NCBI GenBank assembly: GCA_051294905.1
Contig: CM119372.1
Span: forward strand, 7,504,001 to 7,564,000
DNA length: 60,000 nucleotides
Origin: Botryllus schlosseri
Lineage: Eukaryota
Reading direction: 5' to 3'
Shown here: positions 48,501-60,000 of the stretch, piece by piece
Layout of the letters: every line of letters begins with the position of its first letter
How positions within the stretch are numbered: position 1 is the stretch's first letter
Program-made: the position numbers and the translations under genes
The notes under the pieces: generated by a model
What the model saw: the letters and a program-made list of their open reading frames with translations, nothing else
Databases searched by the model: none
What the model was told of the DNA's origin: nothing

Positions 48501-51500
48501 GATATTACGATATTATATCGCACGATGTGTGTGGGATGCAAGTATACAAGGTCCCGTCAAATAAGGCCTATACTTCGAAATACATGAATGCCGCTACTAT
48601 TGATGCTGCGGCTCGCGGTGTCATCGAAAACTTGGAAATTGGCCCGCGAGCACATTTGAGTTTGAGACCTCTGCTGTAGGAGGTGTTTTAGGCTCCGTTC
48701 GAAGCATTAATCATTATGGCAGAATGTCGTGTTCATTTTGAATTTTTCGCCGATTTTCCTGCTTTAATGGGTACGTGGGCACTGCGCAGTGCGCACCAAT
48801 TCTTATTTCACCATTCTTTACTCAAGATTTGAATCTTCCGTCATATGTCATGTTAGCATGGGTCGTAGCTGGAACGAAAATTGGCAGTGGCGGCAACAAA
48901 TCATCAACGTGGCTATATTGTAACGTTGCAAGCAAATGAAACACAATTTTGAAAAATCTTTCATCTTATGATACAACATCATCTCAATTTGTATAATGGT
49001 TGTATGTTATATTGTACAATTTATGCATGATATGTCATCGTTAATAATGATCATTACATTCCCCGCAATTGTGATCGCCTGTACTGACATACATAGCTGT
49101 AATCATAACCGTCCGTTTCCGAAGTAATAATCGCCACATATCTGATGCGGTGGCATATTTGTAAATCCTAAATGTTCGTGAGGTAGTGTCCGAGAGTCGT
49201 TCAAGCTAGTGCCGCGGGAGTGTTGACATCATCCTATCTCAATCAAGTCCTGTCAAACCTATGTAAAGGATACGGTTAAAAGTTTTATTCGATAACTTCA
49301 TGGGCTTGGGCATGAAGATGGAAGCGAGGTTGGAAATGTGTTGGGAAAATCAATAATCGTCATATTACATTTTCATCTGAACACGACACACACGATCAGT
49401 TGGACACAATGCGATAAGACAAAATGCGATGTAATGAACAAATGATAGGATGCCGAACGACCAGTTGGGGTCTCTTACACTGGCATCGACTTCGGTCTAG
49501 TGCCCGATGTCGCAGTTCTTTTCTGTTCGGACCTTTCTTGCTCTTTCCATTCGTTGTGAGTGCGTTCTTTCGTCGGGTCTATTTCTGGGCTTTCTTTGTC
49601 GCCGTAAGAACAGCGGCGCGGGGGAAGGAGAACCCAGACTCGTAACAGGACGCTTATCGTCACTATATCACTACGCTGACTCCCGCGGCAAAATCAGGTC
49701 ACTTTTAGTATGCAAAATTTGCAAGGACACGGGCTCTTCTAGCATCATTTGTCATACCAGGCCATGTACCTTTTAAATGTTGTTTCGCAGTTTTGTCTTC
49801 ATTCGGGTGGTGAAGGTTGTGGAACTAACAAAAGTATATATTGCTTCGCGATGTATCATGCTGAGTTTGTTTGTTTTGTGGTATTCATGGTGTTTATCGA
49901 CTACTATGGTCATTTACACCAGGCCGATATTGTTCATTATTTTCCGTAACTGCCGACTTATAGCACGGCCCACCTCTAGGCTTTTTGTACGACACCGCTT
50001 ACGCGGATGAGGTGGCGAGGAGGAGCCTAGGTAAACCTCCAACACTTAGGTATCGGAATTCATGCTGAGTTGGTATTCTACTTAGTTCATAAAAGCTTAC
50101 ATTTTTATTCTGCCTTTATAGAATGAAAAGTCTCAATACTATGTCTTGAAACTTAGTCCAAGTCCCGCGGAGTAGCACAATGAAAGAATGAAATTTTTTG
50201 CAACGTTTCCAATGTGGCAAAGTAAATTTGTATTAGTTAGCTCGTGAACGTACGGGTTTGCCGCAAGTAAAATCTGAAAAATAAGTCACACCTCACTCTT
50301 GGGCGGCCCGCGTTATCTTTACGTAATTGACAAGCAGAGACATACCGTCGTTAGTTTGTAATTTGATATTACATGGCTGTTTATGTGCCACGTTTCTGAT
50401 GTGTCTGGCTTACAAGAAAATTCTCATAAGGTATGATATGACACCATGCGTTTACAATTTCGGTCATTCGCTACAATTATTTCACTGTTTCATTTTACGC
50501 CAAGTCTGTAGTCACGCGGACCTTATCGCTGTCATCATGAGTAGCGTATATCGGCCATATCGGGCCATATACTCGTTATACGTATGTAGTTTTGAAGAGC
50601 TTCTTGGAGGTACAAAACTTCAATATGCCATTCAATTGTATATAGTTTTCAAGTAATATTACTCGAAAAGAGTTAGTTACAGAGTGCGTCACATGTGGAT
50701 CAGCGTTATAACTGGTATTATTGGGAAAGATTAGTCAGCATAACTAAGTATGCGCGCATTTTGGCGAACTATCGCCAGTACAGAGAGATAAGGCCTTTTA
50801 CGGAAACTTTTGTGGATTTCGTAAAATAGAATCATAATTTGTAATAATGTGACTTGAGTTTTCTCGCTTGGATCCGTTGTTGCGTAGGATATGCTGTTCT
50901 CGTAGAAACATCAGCGTATGAACCATTGCGTGAATTTAATCGAATACGAACGGCAGGCGTATATAATTTTTCAAATTCCATGAAAACCGGACTGTAGAAC
51001 AAACGAAATTGCGCGACATGTTTGTTGAATTGGTTCGGCAGCCCGCGTCCTCTTTCACGCCTATGCTGCTGCTCCCTAGCTTTATAACACATCAATAAAC
51101 AATATTAGTCCACAAAATCAGTTGAGGTTCCGTTAAGATACGGCAAAAATCTCGATTTCAAGTCAGAAATTTCCTATCTAATAATGCGTCGCCTACTTAA
51201 AAATCTTTGATGCTGTGTTCAAATCATTGCGATCCACATCTGTTCTAAATCTGACTAATTACATCGCATGTCTGCACCATACCCCATTTACAAAGTGACT
51301 ACACTTCTTGATCCACTTCAGTTGTATACGCGGTCTGGTTGAATTCGAAGAATTCAGGTGGTAGACTGGTGCTAATCGTCAATAAAAACCGTTTCGCAAC
51401 TTCCGGTCGTTGCAGCTTGCCCAGGTGGGATTGTTGCAAGCAGTTTGTCGTAGTAGCTGTCCTTTCATCTTGATTTAGTTAAACATAGATTACAGCGACT

Positions 51501-54500
51501 ATCGAAAGCTACAAAAAGAAACATCTTCAACTTAAGTGGTCTTAATCTTAATCACACGGCTGATTCGATTGGTTTCTAATTGAATTTCGCAGTTGAATCG
51601 GATTCCTAAAATTTCAAACCAAAATCCAAGCCGTCGCTGTCTATTATCCAAGACATCCCAGAAATTCATTTCCCATATTTTTATTCATGAAAAGAAAGAA
51701 GGGATTTCGACAATAACGGCTCAAATCATTTATGTCATCTTCGTCATGCTTCTCAAGGTTCGGGAAATATGATATCGATTGCTACGTCGGAAGTGAAAGT
51801 ATATTTCTGCATAGAGATGCCGAACGTACAATGCATTCTGAGGAGCAGCTGTATTTCTAGAATACTAGTGTTATGCAGTTAGTTGTTGTTTATTGAACCA
51901 AGAATTACGTGCTTATCTCCTTGTTGGTCTTTTCCACCACCGTCAATTCTGTGGTGAATGGGGTAATATTTGGGTAACTGACGAGAGTCGTACGAGAGGA
52001 ATTGACATTTAATTTGACACATTTCGCGATAAGGAATCTACGTGAAGCGCCTATTTTGGGCAATGGAGTAACATTTGTGCAGTGGTTTTCGGATACAGAC
52101 ACAGACCACAAAGCGGAGAGTCTATACTGCTATACCTATTCGAAACTAACGATGGTGGGCAGATTGCAAACGAAAAATAATATCTTCTTCTACGACTTCT
52201 ACGTGCAGGAGGTTTAATCATGGTGGGCCGTTCTCGGACGTTAGATATTCTCGGTCCCATTGATTCCAAGAATATTTATCTCGGATCTTAGGTCATTCAC
52301 GACATAACCAATGGTTTATTACTTTTGGTTAAATCACTAGCCATTTAGGATCTTATTTAGCAATCGAATGTAGAGAATATGACATGCGAATATTGATATA
52401 CTTTTAAAAGTGAGTTGTCTCATAAAATGATCAAAGAGCTTCTTGGAGGTACAGAACTTTAATATACAATTGAATAGTATATTCATATTGAAATGGACCC
52501 GAATATTTTCGGCTGACACTCGTCAGGGGTAATCGTCAGCAACTAGTAGAGAATTGGTCAAAATACAGCCTCTTCGCGCATTTCATTTCTCTGTATCGAT
52601 AGATATGTGGCCTGGTCATGAGTATCGAGCGATTTCGCTTACTCAACCCGAAATCACTTCAATTTTTCCACGTGCCATCGCATTCCCCAGACATCGTTCT
52701 ATTCCTAGGTCCTCACGTCGCATAACTCAATATTGGAGACACGACATATGTAATTGGATACGGTCTGGCGTTGTATGTGGATATCGTAAGGTCATTCGTG
52801 ATAACTGAACTGACACTTGATCAGCGTGAAAGAATTTACTATCACTGTAGCATGTGCCAGTTGGCAGGGATGAAAGGATATCACATGCGGCATAGGGATT
52901 AATTAAGATCAATGATGCATCGCGCCTGAACGTGATGAGTGGATGTTAAATATGTAACAGGCAGAAGTAGGCTATCACATCTATTTGTTCTAAAAAACTT
53001 AAATATATATAATGTAGTGTGAAAAACTATTTCATGGATAATGCGGTGTTTAATATATGTACGTGCATTGAACATTATACCATTGTACGCCCTCGACTAT
53101 ACATATTTGGTAGGGACGGTGTGAAGGTGAGGAAATTCAGCACTAAACGACCGTGCCAATTCCAAAAATTATTTGCTCGAAAGTTTGCTCGGAATATTCA
53201 GCTTTCGGTTTGTGAATCTTTATTGACTTTGTGGAATTATTATAGCATTTGATTGTTCCAGTTGATACATTAGGTGACGTTTAAAAAGTCAGCATTGTGA
53301 CATAATATGGCCTGAGCCGTCGCTAGTTATCATGTACATTAGTATATGACTTTACGAAAATGTAGGGTTGGAATTAACAATATGACGTCACGTGACGTCA
53401 TAGGTTCACGTTCGCGTTCACGCAGAACCTTTCAAAAAGGTTCGCGTTCATACGAACCAGAACCTTTCAGAGATTCGCACCATCTCTAATATTCACGTTA
53501 TATATACTAACCTGACGGGTTCATATCGTGGTTGCGATCAAGGCCATATATTTGAACTTGAAGATGGGACTACGAATGTTTTTGTATCAGATTTCTTGGC
53601 CGTATCTTTCCGTGACTTCTGATAAGGCATGTACATTGTACAGGTTTTAAATCTTGAAAATGTTTTGTGTTGTTATGTCGAATCAAAGTATTATAATTAT
53701 GTGTAGTGACTAACGCTTCGTCGTTCATACCAGGGGGAAGGGATATTCCCGCGAGTAACTGTGTCGGATCACTCATCACTAGTGAATGCGTTCTGGCAGA
53801 AGATCTCTCGCGCGCGTCGCTCGTATATTTGTCCCAAAACCGTTAGAAAAGTGAACAGCTGCAAGTAAAGTAATGTGAGCAAATACTCAATTTCTCAACA
53901 CATTCCCGTATGTAGTGCATTCAACTCCGCGGCAATAGTTCGACACAGCACGCAGTTAGAACGATTACCTTGTTAGCTAGAAGCATGGCGGGCAGGGTTG
54001 ATGTTGCATTGTTTACAGAAGGAATTCATATTTACGAGATGATTGTAGACGCAGATGTCGAATGGCTCTGCAATTTACAATTTGATTTCGACTCATCGAC
54101 CAAGTAGGGAGTATTTAGCAAGACGTGTTAATACCAAGGTAAATATAAGGCGCGGAATAATGAGATGGAATTCACGCTATAACGCGTATATGGTTACACG
54201 AAAATCCCAATTCCAGACACTATAAAGTAAGTCATCTTACATCAGATAAAAACGAAAGAGCAGTCTGACATAACGCGACGAGGTAAACTCATTGGCAATC
54301 CCTCCTTAAACTCGCAGCCAAACTCTCCGGTATATAAACAGGAATTTCGTTTGTCGGTAACTAAGATGCAGCTATGCAGGTCCGGTAAATTATGGTTTGT
54401 TTGATAAATAGAAATAGAAACATATTTTAGTAGCCGCTGCGTATGTAACGTAGCTGTTGTTGTAATTATGTGCAAAACTATGGAAGGAACCAACTAACGT

Positions 54501-57500
54501 ATGCCGTATAGCGCTGTCTACAGCCTATTGCGATACACGATACTTATTGAGTCCAATCTTCACTTTACTTCCAAGTATATATTGCATATATGTATATATG
54601 CAAAAGAGTTAAGGCGTCGTTTTCGGGTCTCCGCGGTCACGACCATTGAGAACGTCGTAATTGCAACATGTCCGGGTGTTTGAGTATATTACAATTATAA
54701 TATTTGTGTTTTATGTTGACATCTAATTATCTTCTGGATTGAGAAAGCGCATGCTTAGCACGGTGCTGTACGGAATCGCCTTACCGCACCCGGATTGGGA
54801 AATAATCGGAATTACCTGCGCGATCCATCACACCTTATTGACGCCTGAAGTTATTACTAATTGCGTGGACGCACAACGTATTACTTATAATGGCGTGGAG
54901 GCAGCTCGGGTTGTCCCGCACTATTCTGCCGCTAAATTGTATTGTTATACGGGAGTGTGATGCTAGTTTTGATCGGACCGCAGGCCAACACCATTTTCCC
55001 TGAAGATTTGTGTCAGGAAATGAATGTGTTCTATCAATTTATTCAAACGATGTTTTCTTCGCTTCAAAACGAAGTGTAGAATTATAACTTCGGCCGTTTA
55101 TATTTGTGTATATAGCTCATCACGTCTATACCCAGAAATCTAATAATGAATATTCTTGAAATTCTTAAAATTCTGAAGCCGGAAAGAGGCCTAATTAATC
55201 GATTTTTACGGCACGCTTCGGCGATGCTCAGAATGCAAACATGTGTATCGGATAATTAACTGGTGTACCACACAGCTTCAAGGTTTAGATCAGGCTACTA
55301 TGGATACCGCTAGACATGGTAAACGCAATGAACAACTTTCGGTTCTACAAGAATAAGCAGTCAGCATCAGTGCGACGTTAAATTTTGCAATTTCGAATTG
55401 AAACTACAAGTATGAGTGTGTTAATTTCTGTAAAATATCACAAACCGGAGCCCACGATAACTTGTCTTAACTTAAGTTATCGTAGGCCCCGCACAGACTT
55501 CTGCGAATTCGAAATTCGAAATCGTTGAATTACGATATCACGGATGTATTCTTTATCGTAGTATATATACGTTGTTGCTGTTGTCTGCGGTATTCATGGT
55601 GTTTGTCGACTACTATGGTCATTTATACACAAGGCCTATTTTCTTCAGTTTTATTCCGTAGCTGCCGACTTGTAACATGGCCCACGTCTAGCCTTTTATA
55701 AGACAAAGCTTGCACGGATGAGAAGGCGAGGAGGGGTCTAGATAAACCTCCAATGCCTCGGTAGAAATTCTGGAGTCGACCTCGGTCGGCCTCGAACCCA
55801 CACCCAGTGGTGTTGTGCTGGTGAAGTGTGGATTATACCACTACGCTATCTCGTTCGTTGATGCGCAAATGTATTGGCACCATACCAAGCGCGTACATCA
55901 CGCACTTGTCGAAATATATGTCGGCGTACTCGCTCGACGGCCGTACTTTCGCATTACGTTGTGGCCGCTATACGTACGCTAGCACAAGTATCAGATGTTG
56001 CTCACAATATTACGTTACTTTTGTGGGAAATGTGATTGGTACTACGAAGCACGACTTTCGCGTTGAATTTCACCCCGAAGCGTGTATACGATACTATCAT
56101 ATCGAGGAGTTTGTGGAAGTTCTTCAGAATGGGCGGAGACAACAGCCGAGTGGCCGTGTCCATTGATTGCTCAACTTCTTTGACTTGAAAATAATCTCGA
56201 GAATCCAAGGTTTCCGCTTTCTGACGACATAAAGATCACGCCACTATGAAAGTGTCATTATTGCATTCTGATTGAGATGGCAAATGCTCTTCTGTAATTT
56301 ATAAGCGCTTATTGCGCGAAAGAGCGAGTCGCGAAATAGAATTCCCATTGCTTAGACTCGTAATCATCGTAGTTGGTAGTGACGTTAGCGAGCAGCATGC
56401 ATAACACTGTTATTGCTTGTTATGTGCGTACGATTATTATCATCACAGGCTGCAGTGCACCAAGCACATACATAATGCACATTGCACATATATTTGCTTA
56501 TACATCACGCTCGATGCGCTTTTATAGACATAGCACGTGAACTTCAGCAGATATTTCTGAGTTCGATCCTCCGGTTTATTTTTTGCAGCTGTAGCCTACA
56601 TTTCTATAGTTGAACTTGTTTTACGAGCATTTTCCTCTTTTGAAGTTATCGCTCACAATATACGCACGGTTTACAGGCAGTTCGCATGAGGGATAGGGTA
56701 TATATATTAGATATGATCTATGAATGCTACCCGAAAGCGCGTTGTAGGCAGATAGCTTGATAGCGATAAATAAAGAGTTTTTGCGTTATTCCAACTATGT
56801 TCAGTTCATTAATTTGTGTTTTGCCAGCAGAAAATCTAGCCTCGTCCGCTGTACCTGACTCGAGGCGCGTTTCTACCCGCGCTGGACGAACATCCTACAC
56901 GGCTATGGACGTAAATCGATGCGTAATACTTGAAGGAACCGACGATGAAATGGTAAGTGATGGACTGTTTGTACTGTACCGATGTATTATGTTTTCACGT
57001 TGCAAGTTGTTGCGATAGTAACCAATACAGCGACATACGCAATGTGTGCGAAGTTGTGTCGCTAATTTCTTGTTACTATTGAATATATATGTCTGTCAAT
57101 CTGCTTTGTTTACCAGCGAGTATCGACTGTAGTATTGTTATGTGACTGACAAATTGCTACTCTGTTGCATCGCTTATACATGGGTTCATTTTTCAGATAT
57201 GCAGTGCTTATCGGGAAACAGCGGCACGCACCATATTATTCTATTTCCTTGTCCTGATCACTGTGGGATTGATTCTTCTCGTATTTTATTGGAAGCCAGA
57301 CTGGAAGGTAACTAAAATCCGACCGTATCGAAAATGCGGAATCAGTGCAATACTTCGAATAGTATAAAAAATGTCATGTTTCCGCGTTTAAAGTTTCTGA
57401 TAATATCGCATCGTTACGAAAGTCATCTTCCCGGCGTATGACATCGCGATAATGATAATGGTTGCGCGATTGTGCAATTACTTAGTAGCCCGTCAGATTT

Positions 57501-60000
57501 ACGGGCACATTCCTTGTCGATTCCGTTGCTAATGCGTCGCCTCGGGTTTCGGTGGTCATTGACCATGCGAAGATTCGATCAGCAATCACTCATTATCAAT
57601 TACTGCGTTTCTGTTGAATGAAATGACAGGTTCCGGTAATTTAATGGTAAACACGCGTCGGTATAATTAGAAATTTGCGTATGCATGGCCTACTACTAGT
57701 AGGCCACGGCGTATGTTGGAATCGAATTGTTTTAGCAATATTTTCTCGTTATAGCAAATTTGTTGTGTCGCTAATCAATAAATAATAGTAGCATCCTATG
57801 TAGTGTGCGTATGACTTCTTGCCATTTCCGAGTTGTCATGTTAAATCGCGGCAGATTTTGAATGCTTTGCTCAACACCATTGACATTTTTATATTAGGGA
57901 AGTTACATTTTATCATTACTAGGGCAAGTTTTTGCAACTTTTTTTGCAACTTCCTAAATACTCAGAAGTTATGAAGTATGGTGTCTTAAGCTGTATGAAG
58001 GATTCTTAATATATTGCAAGTTTTTGTAACTTTTTCGAAATTTCATGTAACTTCTTGCAACTTTTTTCGATTTTTCATGCAACTAACTTTTTACTGGAAA
58101 TATTGGGCACTATATGTAAATAGATCGCTTGATTATTTCACTGTCGTTTAAATTCGAGGTCCTTTCTGATTTGACGTGCATTGAGGCCAGACCGCCGAAA
58201 ATTATATTTTCACTGGATCAGTTTTTTCAGGCTATTGATTTTGTTGAAGTTTCCAACACTCAGTTTTGCTACAGCGCCTTGGATGCGGATCGATTGTAGT
58301 ATCTCATACCCTAATCATTTCAAGGAAATTGTCCACAAATGCAACTTTTTAGGGCAACTTTTGTGAAAAATAAATGCAACTCTCCACGTATTTGACTGCA
58401 GCAAAATCTCGCCCCAATCATGACTTGAAATCGCTCCCACACCCTTGACACGCCCTCTCTCTCTTGGAAAAGATCGCAGGAGAGCACGCTGCACAAATTA
58501 GATTAGCTTTGGGTTGTTGGGTTGTTATACTATTCAATTGTATATTGAAGTTCTGTACCTCCAAGAAGCTCTTTGGGTTGTTGTGAATGGGAACTCGGGA
58601 ATTGGCGTTAACAACTACTCTTTGGGCGGAGCACAGCATTAATTGGGACCTTGAGCGAACTGCTATTGCGTTAAAAATACTATCTGTAGCTATTGTCCTA
58701 ATTACGTCTAGTGCTGTATCTATGAATACAATGTTTTATATTCCAAATTTGCAGTTGGATTATGTCAGCGGAAATTAACCTTCACTGACCTGGCGATCCC
58801 TTAGCCTACTATGCAAGCCTTCTGCGAACCCCGAATTTTCGGCTAGTCACAAAAACAAAAATCTACCATGTTACATACCTAACACATTACTCCAGAATAC
58901 TGCTGCACAAAATGGACAGTACATCCACGCATGCACAACAGTGGTAAAAGATCAAAACCGTTATAGCATGATTCGAACTCAAAATAAAAAGACTATAATG
59001 AATCTTACTGTAAATCAACGTGACTTCTTTCGTATAAGTCGGGTGTGTGTCTTGACCTTCAGCGAACTCCGATTAAGGACCGCTGAACTATGCAGTCTGT
59101 GCTAATTAATGTGAGAAGACAATGTACTATACATGAGAATACAATCTGTCATCAATTCAGTACGATTTAAGCTGACAGATGCCTTGTTTTCTAACGCTTA
59201 CTTTACTCTTCGTGTAGGTACGCGTGAGGTCAGTGCCTTGCAGCGTGGAGTCTGCGAAGCACGTGATTCTGCATGACCGATACGACAGACGCCATGTCAA
59301 ACGGATTCAGGAACTAACGCCTCCCAATAATATGAAGTAAGTCAAATTTACTTGTCCGGCGCTTGTCCGAACTCGCCATTCGGGTACGGAACTTCAGAAT
59401 TACACGAAACCATACTGTTGATTTATTGACTAAACGATTTTCGACTGACTCTCGTCAGCAGCAAAGTTGGGCAACTAGAATTTTTTAGCTTTTCCCAATT
59501 ACATTAGTATTAGAATTACAACAACACAGTCTTTTTCCAAATTACACTACAATTAGAATTGTAGCAGCACAATTTCTCCTAATAAGAGTAGAATTAGGAT
59601 TACTGAATTCGCGAAAACTTGGACATTGAATGAAATTTAGTTCATATCAAATACGAGCTCATTCCCATACCCACGAGAATATTATAATTATTAATTGTTT
59701 CTTAATAAGAGTCAAGATTTCCTGACTGAACGTTTCCTTTTTAGAATTTTCAAAAGAAAGTCGGACAAACAGGTACGTCCCGGCTAATCGTTCATCGTTT
59801 AGTCGAAATACACAAATATTGTATCTTCATTTGAAACGTCGACTTTTATAAGGTTATCTATCAAGTCCTAACGGAAGGTTTTGTGTTTTCGTAACATAAA
59901 GCACCCGACGGGCGATTCTTCAAAACCCTATCTGTCGCTGTCAAGGATTACAAAGAGCGGACTACAGGCGAGCCTGTTCTTTGAACACAAATTTCTGAAG
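45571..60000 (+). CDS. P5B-type (polyamine/cation) transporting ATPase, ATP13A2/ATP13A3-like; 5' part only, running off the window
   Basis: Phase-consistent exons 56828/56831-56952, 57197-57307, 59218-59336, 59745-59772, 59902->60000 give MDVNRCVILEGTDDEM|ICSAYRETAARTILFYFLVLITVGLILLVFYWKPDWK|VRVRSVPCSVESAKHVILHD...FFEHKFLK, the P5B N-terminal hairpin with YWxPxW. The putative first coding exon 45571-45643 (MAMDSCHHLLGS..., phase 1) is less certain; an alternative start is ATG 56905. Confidence 0.8.
47417..48673. mobile_element. Charlie-like hAT non-autonomous element
   Basis: TIR CAGAGGTCTCAAAC...GTTTGAGACCTCTG with gcggcccgcg subterminal motifs and perfect TSD CTGTAGGA. Confidence 0.92.
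49865..50075 (-). mobile_element. SINE copy lacking the tRNA head
   Basis: Aligns with 55585-55760 (gtattcatggtgttt-tcgactactatggtcattta...ggcgaggagg...aaacctccaa). Confidence 0.85.
52497..52540 (-). ncRNA. Minimal type I hammerhead ribozyme motif, best-preserved copy (repeat spans ~52433-52556)
   Basis: The minus strand reads GCTGAC-gatt-ACCC-CTGACGA-gtgtcagcc-GAAA-atat-TC-GGGT: a G-C closed stem II, loop GTCAGC perfectly complementary to upstream GCTGAC, and palindromic stem III. Confidence 0.72.
55571..55852 (-). mobile_element. tRNA-derived SINE, full length
   Basis: Minus strand: A-box TAGCGTAGTGG, B-box GGTTCGAGG, a body shared with two other copies, and a (CAA)-like tail acaacagcaacaac. 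Confidence 0.8.
57895..58386. mobile_element. Degenerate MITE with tttgcaact subrepeats
   Basis: Imperfect TIR GGGAAGTTACATTT...AAATGCAACTCTCC. Confidence 0.55.

Noticed and set aside
49990..50045. HDV-like ribozyme suggested by CCTCCTCGC on the minus strand
   Set aside because: I could not build P1.1, P4 and the catalytic C in J4/2 in the required order; kept only as a generic structured domain.
51812..53488. Single element bounded by TAGAGATG...CATCTCTA
   Set aside because: Flanks show no TSD. Only the right end (53400-53488, similar to 4765-4815) is clearly repetitive.
55780..55852. Functional tRNA gene
   Set aside because: It has A and B boxes but no proper cloverleaf, and it is fused to a repeated SINE body.
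43700..56800. Numerous 60-112-aa ORFs
   Set aside because: No recognisable motifs, often alternative start codons, and located in intronic or intergenic repeat-rich DNA.

Overview
Eukaryotic, repeat-rich invertebrate genomic DNA with GT-AG introns, many only 57-65 nt. The taxon cannot be fixed from sequence alone. From left to right: (1) 1-10725, a Foldback/FB-NOF-like Mutator-superfamily element. Its two inverted arms are arrays of a 202/204-bp satellite, and they flank an 838-aa PHD-finger plus MULE/NOF-like transposase ORF truncated by the right arm. (2) 11228-31235, a complete 24-exon Integrator subunit 2 (INTS2) gene (~1184 aa) whose long introns are filled with hAT-type MITEs and a repeat carrying a minimal type I hammerhead ribozyme motif. 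(3) A 5'-truncated CR1/L2-group LINE. (4) 35560-43440, a roughly five-level nest of transposons containing a two-gene PIF/Harbinger element (Myb/SANT gene plus HARBI1-like transposase disrupted by a MITE). (5) 45571 to the window end, the 5' part of a P5B-type ATPase (ATP13A2/3-like) gene, with a tRNA-derived SINE, MITEs and a second hammerhead copy in its first intron. All identifications come from reading and recognising motifs; no searches were run.
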